Shown here: in pieces, positions 38,730 through 48,817 of the stretch
How the letters are laid out: each line of letters begins with the position of its first letter
How positions within the stretch are numbered: the stretch's first letter is position 1
Source: an uncultured Gammaproteobacteria bacterium
Lineage (GTDB): Bacteria; Patescibacteriota; Microgenomatia; Levybacterales; UBA12049
DNA length: 64,000 nucleotides
Reading direction: 5' to 3'
Assembly (NCBI GenBank): GCA_964637955.1
Contig: CAZWXQ010000006.1
Span: 26,926-90,925 of the forward strand
Made by a program: the position numbers and the translations under genes
The notes under the pieces: model-generated
Database searches by the model: none
The model's input: the letters and a program-made list of their open reading frames with translations, nothing else
What the model was told of the DNA's origin: nothing

Positions 38730-39419
38730 GCCATAGGGGCGAAAAGGGGAGTCTGCTCTCTCTCCTCAGCTCCGGGTACGGAACTCTTAGTGAGGTATCG
38801 CGTGTGCAGAACGCTACCGATAATATCGTCAAGCTCGCGCGCTTCTTGAGGCGGTTATCCGTCTTGGCTTCGCAGTTCTGACGATCGGACGTGGTCTTCG
38901 TGCAGCCTACAAGCTGCTCGGCAAACTTTAGCTCGAAAGGAGCGGAAGGTGAAGAAGCCTCAGAATCCGAAGAGGATCCTGGTTCGCAGTTGGCCTAGGC
39001 CTCCTGGTCTCATTAGGCCATGGGTAGATCCCAGGATCGCTCCCAGCACCGGCAAGCAGAAGAAGTCTGTTGTCATCAAGTTCTGAAAGGAGCAGATTAG
39101 GGCAAGTAGCTCAATTCATTCCGCAATCATCCTAAGGGGAAATTCAGCCCTATGGATACAACTCGTGCTCTAAAAGGCATGGGTGAAACTGCACAGGTAC
39201 TGGGACGAAAGTCTTGGAAATAGAGACTAGATCTGGCGATCTTAAGGTTGTGCTGCATCGCTGCACCCCCTCGAGTTCTCCTCATTTTTTCTCCTTAACA
39301 CCTGTGTTTTTTCATGCCCATTTATAGTCATTAGTTAATAGGTATTAGATATTAGGCAATAGATTTAAAGCTAGTCACTAGTATCTAGTAACTAATAACT
39401 CAGGAGTGCTATACTTCAA

Positions 39420-39530
39420 GTATAATTTTCAATTTTAAATTCTCAATTTTCAATCAAGCTCAAAATTTTAAAATTAAAAATTAATACATTTATATTTCAA
39501 TGAAAATTAAAAACTCTAAATTAAAAATTA
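39420..39530. repeat. AT-rich repeat family copy 5 (inverted pair; supplies leuS start codon and first ~10 codons)
   Basis: AATTTTCAATTTTAAATTCTCAATTTTCAATCAA... then ATGAAAATTAAAAACTCTAAATTAAAAATT. Confidence 0.5.
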
Positions 39531-41950
39531 ATTCACGCTATTTTCCGCACAAAATTGAGGCTAAATGGCAAGAGAAATGGGCGAGTGATAAGATTTATGA
39601 GTTCAAATCTGATTCCTCAAAAGAAAAATATTATAACCTAGTAGAGCTTCCTTATCCTTCAGGAGATCTTCACTTAGGACATTGGTTTGCTTTTGTTCCG
39701 CCGGATGCTCACGCGCGATACATGCGTATGAATGGTAAAAATGTTCTATTTCCGAATGGGTTTGATGCATTTGGATTACCTGCTGAGAATGCTGCAATAA
39801 AACGTGATATCCATCCCAAAGATTGGACTATGAAAAACATCGAAACTATGAGGGGACAATTTGAAACCATGGGAACTATGATTGACTGGACTCACACCAC
39901 TAAAACGTGTCTTCCAGATTATTACCGCTGGAATCAGTGGATTTTCTTAAAGATGTTTGAAAAGGGCATTGCATACAGAGGAAAAGCGCTATCAAACTGG
40001 TGCCCAAAGGATCAAACTGTATTAGCTAACGAGCATATTGAGAGTGGAAAATGCTGGAGATGTGGAGAAGTTGTTGAGCAAAAAGAAGTAGAGCAGTGGT
40101 TCTTGAAGATCACAGATTTTGCCGATAAACTTCTTTGGGAGAATACTGATGAAAAGATCAGTAATGGAGTTGATTGGCCAAAAAGTGTCCGAGAAGCTCA
40201 GAATAATTGGATTGGAAGAAAAGATGGTATAAAGATTAAGCACGAGGTCGTAGGAACAGATCTTTCATTTGAAACTTTTTCAGCTTTTCCTGCATGGTTA
40301 TGGGCAGATTCATTCATAGTCATTGCTCCCGAACATCCACTGGTTAAAGAGCTTGTAAAAGGAACAGATAGCGAAAAAGAAGTTTTGGAATTTGTAGATG
40401 AAATGTCAAAGGAAACTGAGCTGGAAAGAAAAGAGACTACAGAAAAAAAAGGTGTTTTCACAGGAAGATATGCAAAGGATCCATTTGGCGGTAAAGATAT
40501 GCCTATTTGGCTTGCAAATTTTGCATTGCTAAATTTTGGGACAGGTATAATTAGATGCTCTAGCCATGATCCAAGAGATTTTGAGTTTGCCACAAAGTAT
40601 AAATTAGATCTTAAAGAGGTAGTAGATAGATATAATGATCAGCCCGCAAATGCTCACGACAATAAAGGTGTTCTTAAAGATTCAGGGCCATTTAGCGGTC
40701 GAAAAGTTAGCGAAGTAAGAGAAGAGGTGCTAGATTGGATTGAAAAAGAAGGAATTGGCGTTAGATTTGTAAATTATCATCTTCATGATTGGTCTATTTC
40801 AAGACAGCGCTATTGGGGAACACCTGTGCCAATTATTCATTGTGAAAAAGATGGAGATGTGCCAGTACCATTTGATCAGCTTCCGGTTGAGATTCCTTAC
40901 GAAGTAGATTATACACCACAGGGAAAGCCTCCTTTGGCATCAGCGGAAGATTGGTTAAATGTTGAGTGTCCTGTTTGTCACGGGCCGGCTAAGAGGGATG
41001 CCGAGACTTTAGACACTTTCTTTGATTCTGCTTGGTACTATTATCGTTACGTTTCGCCTCATTTTGAGGAAGGACCGTTTGATAGCGAGCTTGTCAAAGC
41101 GAGCATGCCTGTAAATGTGTATTTTGGCGGAGGAGAACACACTCTTGGTCACACGCTGTACGCGCGCTTTTTCACAAAGTTCTTTAAGGAGTTAGGATTA
41201 GTAGATTTTGATGAGTTTGCGCTGAAGCGAGTTCAACATGGAGTGATTCTAGGGCCTGACGGAAACCGCATGAGTAAATCAAAGGGAAATGTAGTAAATC
41301 CAGATGATGTAGTTCGTGAATACGGAGCAGACACCGTCCGTTTATATCTGTGCTTTATGATGCCTTATGAGGCTACAGCACCTTGGTCAGTAGGCGCAAT
41401 CTCAGGTATATTTAGATTCCTCAAAAGAGTTTGGGATTTGCAAAATAGTTTGGGGGAAAATATTGAATTAAATTCAGAAGATGAGTATTGGTTAAATAAA
41501 ACTGTTAAGAAGGTTGGAGAAGATCTTGAGGAGATACATTTTAATACCGCTGTTTCAACTCTCATGGAGTGGTTAAATTATTTATCCTCCAAGAAAGAGA
41601 TCTCAAATCTTGAGTATAAAACATTTTTGAAGCTACTTGCTCCTTTTGCGCCACATATTACAGAAGAAATATGGAGCCAGATAGATGATGAATTTCCAGT
41701 AAGCTCTATTCATCTTGAATCATGGCCCGAGTTTAATCAGGCTAAGATAGTTCAAGATGAAGTAAATATTGCAGTACAGATAAATGGCAAAGTTCGTGGA
41801 GCGATAAAAGTAGAAAGCTCAAAAATTGAATCTCAATCAGATATAGAGGAGATTGTAAAAAATGATCAAAATATATCAAAATATCTAGGAGGACAACAAA
41901 TTAAAAAAATAATTTATATAAAAGGAAAAATTATTAGCTTTGTTATTTAG
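39500..41950 (+). CDS. leuS: Leucyl-tRNA synthetase
   Basis: FPHKIEAKWQEKW N-terminus, HIGH-type motif (PYPSGDLHLGHWFAF), CP1 editing region, KMSKS (RMSKSKGN). N-terminal MKIKNSKLKI comes from the repeat element. Confidence 0.9.
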   Translation: MKIKNSKLKINSRYFPHKIEAKWQEKWASDKIYEFKSDSSKEKYYNLVELPYPSGDLHLGHWFAFVPPDAHARYMRMNGKNVLFPNGFDAFGLPAENAAIKRDIHPKDWTMKNIETMRGQFETMGTMIDWTHTTKTCLPDYYRWNQWIFLKMFEKGIAYRGKALSNWCPKDQTVLANEHIESGKCWRCGEVVEQKEVEQWFLKITDFADKLLWENTDEKISNGVDWPKSVREAQNNWIGRKDGIKIKHEVVGTDLSFETFSAFPAWLWADSFIVIAPEHPLVKELVKGTDSEKEVLEFVDEMSKETELERKETTEKKGVFTGRYAKDPFGGKDMPIWLANFALLNFGTGIIRCSSHDPRDFEFATKYKLDLKEVVDRYNDQPANAHDNKGVLKDSGPFSGRKVSEVREEVLDWIEKEGIGVRFVNYHLHDWSISRQRYWGTPVPIIHCEKDGDVPVPFDQLPVEIPYEVDYTPQGKPPLASAEDWLNVECPVCHGPAKRDAETLDTFFDSAWYYYRYVSPHFEEGPFDSELVKASMPVNVYFGGGEHTLGHTLYARFFTKFFKELGLVDFDEFALKRVQHGVILGPDGNRMSKSKGNVVNPDDVVREYGADTVRLYLCFMMPYEATAPWSVGAISGIFRFLKRVWDLQNSLGENIELNSEDEYWLNKTVKKVGEDLEEIHFNTAVSTLMEWLNYLSSKKEISNLEYKTFLKLLAPFAPHITEEIWSQIDDEFPVSSIHLESWPEFNQAKIVQDEVNIAVQINGKVRGAIKVESSKIESQSDIEEIVKNDQNISKYLGGQQIKKIIYIKGKIISFVI

Positions 41951-41980
41951 GTTTTGAATAAAGTTTAGAATGACAAGGAT

Positions 41981-42583
41981 ATGGATCCTAAAGAGTATGT
42001 AGAGTTAGGGAAGCGCAATATTATTCCTATTAGCTTAGGCACATTAGGTATTCTTCTTTTAATCGGTGGTATTTTTCAAGCATATTCCTCGCGCTCAACT
42101 GAGCCTGATTTAGTTTTTGAAGAAAGTAAAGTCGAAGAGAAAAATACAGAGCTTGTGATTGATGTTTCGGGTGCAGTTATGAATCCTGGAGTCTATAAAT
42201 TAGCTTCTGGGAGTAGGATGGTAGATGCATTGGCTTCCGCTGGAGGACTTTCCTCAGAAGCAGACCGAGACTATGTAGAAAAGAATATAAATTTGGCTGG
42301 AAAAGTCTCAGATGGATTAAAGATCTATATTCCAAGGGTAGGGGAAGATATTTTGGTTGAGGCTCAAAGTTCTGGTGGTTCGATTGGTAGTACTGGGGGT
42401 CAAGTGATAAATATAAATCTGGCTTCAAGTACAGATCTTGAGGCTCTTCCTGGGGTTGGAGAAGTGACTGCGCAGAAAATCATTGATGGTAGACCATACG
42501 CAAGCATAGATGAGCTTCAATCAAAAGATATAGTGGGTGACGCTACTTACGAGAAGATAAAAGATCAAATAGCCGCAAATTAG
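41981..42583 (+). CDS. comEA: Competence protein ComEA (membrane-anchored helix-hairpin-helix DNA-binding protein)
   Basis: N-terminal TM. C-terminal INLASSTDLEALPGVGEVTAQKIIDGRPYASIDEL tandem HhH. Confidence 0.8.
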   Translation: MDPKEYVELGKRNIIPISLGTLGILLLIGGIFQAYSSRSTEPDLVFEESKVEEKNTELVIDVSGAVMNPGVYKLASGSRMVDALASAGGLSSEADRDYVEKNINLAGKVSDGLKIYIPRVGEDILVEAQSSGGSIGSTGGQVININLASSTDLEALPGVGEVTAQKIIDGRPYASIDELQSKDIVGDATYEKIKDQIAAN

Positions 42584-43407
42584 CTTTTTTTAGGTTCCTT
42601 GGTGTCTATTGGAATCATCATATATGTGGTTGTTCCTTTTCCTTCTTCTGATTCTACTCTTATGGTCCCTCCATGAGTTGTTATTATCCATTTTGTTATA
42701 TATAGACCTAGACCAGAGCTTATTTTTTTAGTTTTATCGCTGTTATTAAGCTCTGCATATTTCTTAAATAAATCCTTTTGTTTTTCTTTTGGAATACCAA
42801 TTCCATTGTCGCTAACTATAATTGTCGCATTTTGGCCTTGATGTTTTAAGAAAACCTTGATTAAGCCATTTTCATTTGTATATTTGAGGCTATTTGAAAG
42901 TAGGTTGTTTAATGCTTCTGTTATTCTTACTTTATCAAAGTAAAACTTAGGAAGACTTGTGACTATCTCTGAGGTAACAGTGATATTTTTATTTTTAGCT
43001 TCAGATTCAAATACTAAAAGCTGTTCTTTTACCAAGGCTCCAAGATCAGATAATTCCTTCTTTAGGTTCAGTTTGCCTTGGCTTACTTTTGCAGCATCAA
43101 GAATGGTCGAGATCTGAAATAGTACGTTATCGGATTGTTCAAGAATTAGTCCAAGCATGTCCTTTTCATCTGCGGGACTGAGTTTGCCAGATTTTATAAG
43201 AGATGCGCTGTTTTTTATAGCTACGACTGGGGCTCTCAAGTCATGTACCATGACCTGCGTCATCTCTTCTTGATTTGTGCGCCTGGGCAGAATTTCTACA
43301 TCCTCACCTTTTTGTTTTTTACGATCAAGATAAAGCCACCATAATAAATAAATTGCTACGAGAAGTAATAATAGAGCTGAGAGTAGGAGCAGGGCAGTTG
43401 TATTCAT
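42580..43407 (-). CDS. Sensor histidine kinase
   Basis: N-terminal TM. H-box HDLRAPVVAI. HATPase_c motifs DNGIGIP, GLGLYITKWII. Confidence 0.8.
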   Translation of the reverse strand: MNTTALLLLSALLLLLVAIYLLWWLYLDRKKQKGEDVEILPRRTNQEEMTQVMVHDLRAPVVAIKNSASLIKSGKLSPADEKDMLGLILEQSDNVLFQISTILDAAKVSQGKLNLKKELSDLGALVKEQLLVFESEAKNKNITVTSEIVTSLPKFYFDKVRITEALNNLLSNSLKYTNENGLIKVFLKHQGQNATIIVSDNGIGIPKEKQKDLFKKYAELNNSDKTKKISSGLGLYITKWIITTHGGTIRVESEEGKGTTTYMMIPIDTKEPKKS

Positions 43408-43412
43408 GGTTC

Positions 43413-43805
43413 TTAAACCGGTTGGCCATCAACAGGAGCTTTAGGTTGAATAAGTTCCTGAATTTTAGTAGCTAAAAACTCTGGTGTTATTTGGTACTTT
43501 AATATATAGTCTACAGCTCCTGCATTAATAGCTTTTTCAATGAGTTCATTCTGACCAAAATTAGAGAGCATAGCTACTGGAATGTTTTGAGTAGCAGGGT
43601 CACTTTTAAGAGTGATAAGAACCTCATTTCCTTGAATGTCTGGAAGTACTTGATCAAGAAGCACAAGATCAGGTTGCTGTGTTTTTACTTTCGCTATGCC
43701 ATCATTGCCGTTTGAAGCAGTGATAACTTCATATCCGTGTATCTTTAAAGAAGCAGAGAATACTTTTAATATTGCTTCGTCATCATCTACAAGTAGAATT
43801 CTCAT
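43413..43805 (-). CDS. Single-domain response regulator (CheY-like receiver)
   Basis: MRILLVDDDEAIL...DLVLLDQVLPDIQG. Start moved to internal Met (ORF-track start 43844). Confidence 0.75.
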   Translation of the reverse strand: MRILLVDDDEAILKVFSASLKIHGYEVITASNGNDGIAKVKTQQPDLVLLDQVLPDIQGNEVLITLKSDPATQNIPVAMLSNFGQNELIEKAINAGAVDYILKYQITPEFLATKIQELIQPKAPVDGQPV

Positions 43806-43937
43806 AGTTAAGTTAAAAGTAACACCCTCACGCTCAAATTGCAATATGCAATATGAATTTGAGCGTGGAACTTTAGCTTTTAATTAATCGAATTTCGCTT
43901 GGCGTGGTGTTATGATTAGAATAAGCGGAGAAGTGCT

Positions 43938-45179
43938 ATGTCTCCAAAATTTATCTATTTGATAGTAGCCTGTCTTTTTATTTTGCTATCTATAAGAATA
44001 GCTTTATTTTATTCTTCTGTCGAAAAATATCCTCCAGGCCAGATAATCAGTTGGCAAGCAAAAGTGCTAACACAGCCGAAGCTAAGCGTTCGTGGTCAGC
44101 AGTTTTCAGTATCTATGCCAAATTCGCAAAGAGTTTTGCTAAATTTGAAGCTAATTCCTCAGGTTTCGTATGGAGATAGTCTTTTGATAAGAGGTAAAGT
44201 GGATTATATAGAAGTCGGAGAAGGAGATTTGATCGCTTTTATGAATTATCCTGAGTTTAGGATAGTTGAGGTAGGCAGGGAAGGCAGTTTCATAATTAGA
44301 ATTCGAGAACACATTATCAGCTTTTTTAATTCATCTCTTCCTCAAACATATTCATCTCTAATGCTTGGAATAGTTTTTGGCATAAAAGAGGAGATGCCTG
44401 CTGATTTTTACTTGGATCTTCAAAAAACAGGACTTATGCACGTAATAGCTGCATCCGGAATGAATATAACCATGCTTGGGGGATTTTTGAGTTTGATTTT
44501 TGCCATGTTTTTTAGACGACAAGTAGCACTTATTCTTACAATTCTTGGAATCATTCTTTATGCCGTGCTTGCAGGCCTTGAGCCGTCCATAGTCAGAGCT
44601 TCGATTATGGGTATTTTGGTTTTTCTAGCCCAGCTTACAGGGCGTCAGAATAGCAGTTTCCTGGCACTATTCTTTGCTGCTTTCTTAATGCTTATGCGAA
44701 CGCCTAGTCTAATTCTTGATGTTGGATTTCAATTGTCGTTTTTAGCAACATTTGGTTTGGTTTATCTTAGGCCTATATTTGCATTTATTCCAGGCATTAA
44801 AAGGTTTTCAGAAAAGTCAGTAATTGTTGAAGATTTGACCACTACTTTAACAGCTCAGATTTCGACTTTGCCAATTCTTCTGGCCAATTTTGGAAGTTAT
44901 AGTCTCTGGTCAATTCCAGTAAACGCGATTGTACTTTGGACAGTTCCAATACTAATGATAATAGGTGGAGCAGCTGCGATAATTTCTTTTCTGATTGAGC
45001 CTATGGCAAGAGTGGTATTATACTTTTCTGTACCATTTTTGCTTTATTTTACAAAAATCGTTGAGGTTTTTGGAAGTTTTCCAGGTCAGATAAATATAAA
45101 AAGCATGTCATTAATGATAATCTCAGGCTATTATTTAATAATTCTGGCAATAATTGTCTATTTTAGAAATAAAAAGTAA
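43938..45179 (+). CDS. comEC: ComEC/Rec2 DNA-uptake channel, membrane competence domain (no fused lactamase domain)
   Basis: Polytopic. GLMHVIAASGMNITMLGGF competence-domain signature. Confidence 0.8.
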   Translation: MSPKFIYLIVACLFILLSIRIALFYSSVEKYPPGQIISWQAKVLTQPKLSVRGQQFSVSMPNSQRVLLNLKLIPQVSYGDSLLIRGKVDYIEVGEGDLIAFMNYPEFRIVEVGREGSFIIRIREHIISFFNSSLPQTYSSLMLGIVFGIKEEMPADFYLDLQKTGLMHVIAASGMNITMLGGFLSLIFAMFFRRQVALILTILGIILYAVLAGLEPSIVRASIMGILVFLAQLTGRQNSSFLALFFAAFLMLMRTPSLILDVGFQLSFLATFGLVYLRPIFAFIPGIKRFSEKSVIVEDLTTTLTAQISTLPILLANFGSYSLWSIPVNAIVLWTVPILMIIGGAAAIISFLIEPMARVVLYFSVPFLLYFTKIVEVFGSFPGQINIKSMSLMIISGYYLIILAIIVYFRNKK

Positions 45180-45215
45180 TAGTTTGATATTGTCCTTATT
45201 CAATAGAATTCATGT

Positions 45216-46082
45216 ATGAAGAAGGTATATTTTTTTATTTTCACAGCTTCTATTTCTCTATTAATTCTAATTATATTCGTATTATTTAGCTTCAATGATA
45301 AAAAGCTTCACATAATAATGTGTGATGTAGGGCAGGGTGATGGGATTTTGATTGATACCCCTGATAATGCCCAAATTCTAATAGATGGAGGTCCTGATAA
45401 GAGTGTTCTTGAATGCTTATCAAAGCATATGCCGTTTTGGGATAGAAGTATTGAGGCTATAATCCTTACTCATCCACACGCAGATCACTATTTTGGCCTG
45501 ATAGATGTAATAGAGCGATATAAATTGAATGGGTTTTATACCGAAGCCGTAAAAACGAATTCTGAGGGTTTTGATTTGCTTGAAGCTAAATTAGCAAGTA
45601 AAAAAATGAGTGCTAAAGATTTGAGCGTAAACGATAATTTTAGAAATAAGTCTGGAGTAAATATAAAAATATTATGGCCGAAGCTAGAAAATTCTAAAGA
45701 AATAGATCAGAATAGCGCAGATATAGACCTAAATGGATTAAGCGTAGTAGCCTTGCTAACGTACGGGAATTTTTCAATGCTTCTTACAGGTGATGCTGGA
45801 GAAAATGTCATGAATCAATTAGAAAATGTGGCTGGCGATATCGATATATTAAAAGTCCCACATCATGGCTCCAGGACAGGAATGGATGATGGATTCCTAA
45901 AGTTGGTAAAGCCGGAAATAGCTTTGATCTCGGTTGGACAGAAGAATAAATATGGTCATCCAGCAAAGGAAAGTTTGGATCTACTCAAAAAGAACAATAT
46001 TAAGATTTTTAGGACTGATAAGAACGGGACGATTGAGATTATATCTGATGGGAGAAGCTATAAAGTTAAATCTTCAAAATAG
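45216..46082 (+). CDS. ComEC C-terminal-type metallo-beta-lactamase-fold protein encoded as separate ORF
   Basis: HIIMCDVGQGDGILID, ILTHPHADH, KVPHHGSRTG. Same reading frame as comEC but separated by three stop codons in 36 nt. Confidence 0.75.
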   Translation: MKKVYFFIFTASISLLILIIFVLFSFNDKKLHIIMCDVGQGDGILIDTPDNAQILIDGGPDKSVLECLSKHMPFWDRSIEAIILTHPHADHYFGLIDVIERYKLNGFYTEAVKTNSEGFDLLEAKLASKKMSAKDLSVNDNFRNKSGVNIKILWPKLENSKEIDQNSADIDLNGLSVVALLTYGNFSMLLTGDAGENVMNQLENVAGDIDILKVPHHGSRTGMDDGFLKLVKPEIALISVGQKNKYGHPAKESLDLLKKNNIKIFRTDKNGTIEIISDGRSYKVKSSK

Positions 46083-46094
46083 GCCCCATAGTCG

Positions 46095-46124
46095 TTGACT
46101 ATTAAATTTGCCTTGTGATAAAAT
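46095..46124 (+). promoter_or_regulatory. Sigma70-like promoter TTGACT-18-TGATAAAAT (extended -10-like) upstream of ~500-nt structured leader
   Basis: Located in AT-rich DNA 13 nt after the MBL gene stop. Confidence 0.4.
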
Positions 46125-46287
46125 TCATTCTTGTGTGCTTGATGCTAAAAGCTTCACTCTTCGGATTTGCCCGTAGAATTGAGGATTAGATAAAGTATGC
46201 AAATTTGGTTTCAAATTAAATATTGAAACTTCGTCCCGCGTTTATGCGTGGGTCTTTGTCTCTTGGACATCCGTCCTGGGACTCGTT

Positions 46288-46392
46288 CCACTTTAAAGAG
46301 TGGAGCATCGCACATTAAAATGTTATTAAGTAGTAGCTGTCTGATTTATTCAGATTTAGTTCTACTAATCCTACATATTTAAAATATGCAGG
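46288..46392 (+). promoter_or_regulatory. Conserved hairpin-rich leader element, copy B
   Basis: CCACT-TTAAAG-AGTGG hairpin, CATCGCAC, AGTAGCTGTCTGATTTATTCAGATTTAGTTCTACT, CCTACATATTTAAAATATGCAGG hairpin. Further hairpins (GGACCCCTCTAGGTCC, CTGAAGCTACGCGCTTCAG, GTCAGTCTTAAAGCTGAC) before the ORF. Confidence 0.45.
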
Positions 46393-46631
46393 ACAGAATT
46401 TTAACCTAGATGGGTACATCTTGATAATTAGCTTTTTGTTAATTATTAAAATGGACCCCTCTAGGTCCTCATCTATTTAACCTCATCCCATACTGAAGCT
46501 ACGCGCTTCAGAATAAAAGTCAGGGGCATCGTCCACTGACAAAAGTCCATTTGGCCGTAGTGAGTCAGTCTTAAAGCTGACTTGTTGGCATCATCCGAAG
46601 GGTCAATAGACCCTCAAGGGGAGTTACATCC

Positions 46632-47123
46632 ATGGGTTCTTCGGTCACTCCGATCCATTCTCGTGCGCTCAGCGCATGGGTCGTGTTCCGCGTCGAGGGC
46701 TCTGACAAGCCTTTGGTGGAGATCAAGGCGTACGGTTCCGACCACGCGACCCTGAAGGCTGACGCCATCCGCCAGATCAAGGCTTGCATCGAGAGCAAGC
46801 AGAAGTTCGAGCTTCTCGATGACGTGACGGTCTACCAAGACGTCATGGTCTGTGGGACGGTCCCGCCCGGCAACACGGAGTTCTGTCTCCTGGTTCGCTT
46901 CAGCGGCACCATCCACGACATCGTCGAGGCAGCCGGGCCCCAGCTCGAGAGGCTCTTCAAGCAGCTTCCGCAGCTCGCCGAGAAGGACGTCGATCCGCAT
47001 CACCTGACGCTGCTTCGCAGGGTCATCGACAACGCGACCACCGTCGACGAGGCGCAGGCCTGGTTGACTGAGCGCCGTCTCGGCAACAAGGCGCGAACGC
47101 GCAAGCTGGCGACCGGTCGCTGA
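46632..47123 (+). CDS. Hypothetical protein (163 aa), high-GC island 3
   Basis: SD AAGGGGAG 8 nt before ATG. GC3-rich balanced composition. The antisense 188-aa ORF is Arg/Leu/Asp-rich frame shadow. Confidence 0.6.
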   Translation: MGSSVTPIHSRALSAWVVFRVEGSDKPLVEIKAYGSDHATLKADAIRQIKACIESKQKFELLDDVTVYQDVMVCGTVPPGNTEFCLLVRFSGTIHDIVEAAGPQLERLFKQLPQLAEKDVDPHHLTLLRRVIDNATTVDEAQAWLTERRLGNKARTRKLATGR

Positions 47124-48082
47124 TCCCTTCTGGCATCTGGCTGGACTCAACATCTGGCAAGTTGCCGAGTCCCATCGCACCGAAAGTGCGAGCTAGTTCA
47201 CCCCGAAGGGAGTGAATTGGATGAAGACATCATTCCACCCGCCGAAGGATTTGCTGCGAGCCGCCAAGGCCAATTTCGTGGACTCTCGTGTTGTCCATCG
47301 AATCCGCGATCATTCGGTGAGAAAGTGCCCAAGGCACTGCAACATCGCCTGGTACACGGCGGCTCCACTCAGGCCTGGTGAAATCCCAGCCCAGGATCTG
47401 GCTCGCATGTCGCGAGACTACATGTCCAGATCTGGGTAGATCGGGGTTTGAGGTCGGCTGATCGTCCGGAAGCGCTTGAGCATGTGCTCGAGAACAGGGT
47501 TTCAGTCCCACAAGCGCCAAATCCGGTTTCGGAGAGGTAAAGTTGCCAAGGAGGTGACATAAATTCTGTAACAGAAAATGTGTGAGGTAGTGCTATGGAC
47601 TCGAAAGAGTAAAAGAGGAGGACAAGGATGTTCTCGCCAAGCCAGAACTTTAGCGTTCTGACCCAGCGAGACTTTCTCGTTTCTTTTTCCCCATAGCACT
47701 ACTATCGCACCCTTTATATAAAAAAATTATTTCTCTAATTTTCTTCTAAAATCATAAAATTAATAAAATATTTCCATACCATAATTCTCCGGATTAAAGA
47801 CTTCCTTTGGTCGCCCTACATTTAATTTGGGCCTTCCTTTGGTCGAACATGCAATAATTTCCAGGACTCCATTCAGTAGCAAAATGAGCAAAAATCCCTA
47901 ATTTTTTTCACAAAATCTTGGCAGGTGATATAGTTTGAATGCTAGCATTTAGGAAGCTAAAAGGTAGTAAATAATTCCAAAAAGGCGATGTGAAAAATTA
48001 AATATTTACAATATATGATTTATTATTTACCATTTTTGTTATTGTTAAATCGTAAATGATAAATGGTATATGATATTTATCT

Positions 48083-48817
48083 TTAGGCTTTTGAGACAGA
48101 GGTATTGACGCCTCTTAATCTTCCAATTTCTTCAAGTTTTTCATCTAGGCCGTCATCGTCAACAGTCTTTAAATCTACTTGCTCTTTGCTTGCTGCCATA
48201 AGTCCAGTAATTATTCTCCGAGCTTTTTCTGCATCCTTTTTCCAAAACCAATTTAGACTAATGAGGTTTTCTGTAAAGTTTACATCGACAATATGTAGTG
48301 TCGCAAAAATCGGAGCGGTTTCTACATAAACATCCGAAATATCTTTTACCGAAATTGAGTGAATTCTTTCAGAGAAAAAGAAAGGGCGGTGGATGAAAGT
48401 TATTTTTGCCGTGTCTATAACTACCTCTCCTGGGAGAAGGGGAACAATATTTTTAAATCTTGCAACCATTTTTTCTGACTTATTTAATAATCCGAAAAAT
48501 TTAAAAGTATTTTTCCTGTGTTCTCTTACGGATTCCTTCATAGCTTCTTTTATTCCATCTTTTTGAGCTTCCTTTAGGTAATTTGGCAGTGGATCATTTT
48601 CAATTTGTTCGTCTGCATTTTTAACTGCTTTCAGTTCTATGGTCTCATCTCCTGTATTATCTGTAGTGGTTGATTTATTTTCGACGACTTCTAAAGCGGT
48701 ATCTGATTTATTGCGAGATGATTTACCACCTTTTGATATAGTTTCTGAGTCACTAGATTTATCCTCTTGATCATAATGAGGAACCATGGGATCGATATGA
48801 ATTTTTTGTCCAAACAT
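48083..48817 (-). CDS. Hypothetical protein with acidic low-complexity N-terminus and possible bacterial PH-like C-terminal domain
   Basis: 244 aa. C-terminal region resembles a bacterial PH-like domain; no TM segment. Confidence 0.5.
   Translation of the reverse strand: MFGQKIHIDPMVPHYDQEDKSSDSETISKGGKSSRNKSDTALEVVENKSTTTDNTGDETIELKAVKNADEQIENDPLPNYLKEAQKDGIKEAMKESVREHRKNTFKFFGLLNKSEKMVARFKNIVPLLPGEVVIDTAKITFIHRPFFFSERIHSISVKDISDVYVETAPIFATLHIVDVNFTENLISLNWFWKKDAEKARRIITGLMAASKEQVDLKTVDDDGLDEKLEEIGRLRGVNTSVSKA

Noticed and set aside
38730-39260. rRNA/ribozyme fragment hypothesis for GC-rich hairpin-dense tail of island 2
   Set aside because: No recognisable conserved rRNA, RNase P (P4) or tmRNA signature strings found by eye. 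Kept only as unexplained structured non-coding sequence.
39500-39540. Signal-peptide-like N-terminus (MKIKNSKLKI) on LeuS
   Set aside because: It is the translated AT-rich repeat element, not a targeting sequence. LeuS is cytoplasmic. Start retained only because there is no alternative in-frame start codon.
46614-47180. 188-aa minus-strand ORF overlapping the 163-aa plus-strand island-3 gene
   Set aside because: Antisense shadow (Arg/Leu/Asp-rich). The plus-strand ORF has the SD, balanced composition and GC3 pattern.
47212-47439. 75-aa ORF in the GC-rich tail of island 3
   Set aside because: Short and basic, with no SD; the region folds into many hairpins. More likely non-coding, though not excluded.
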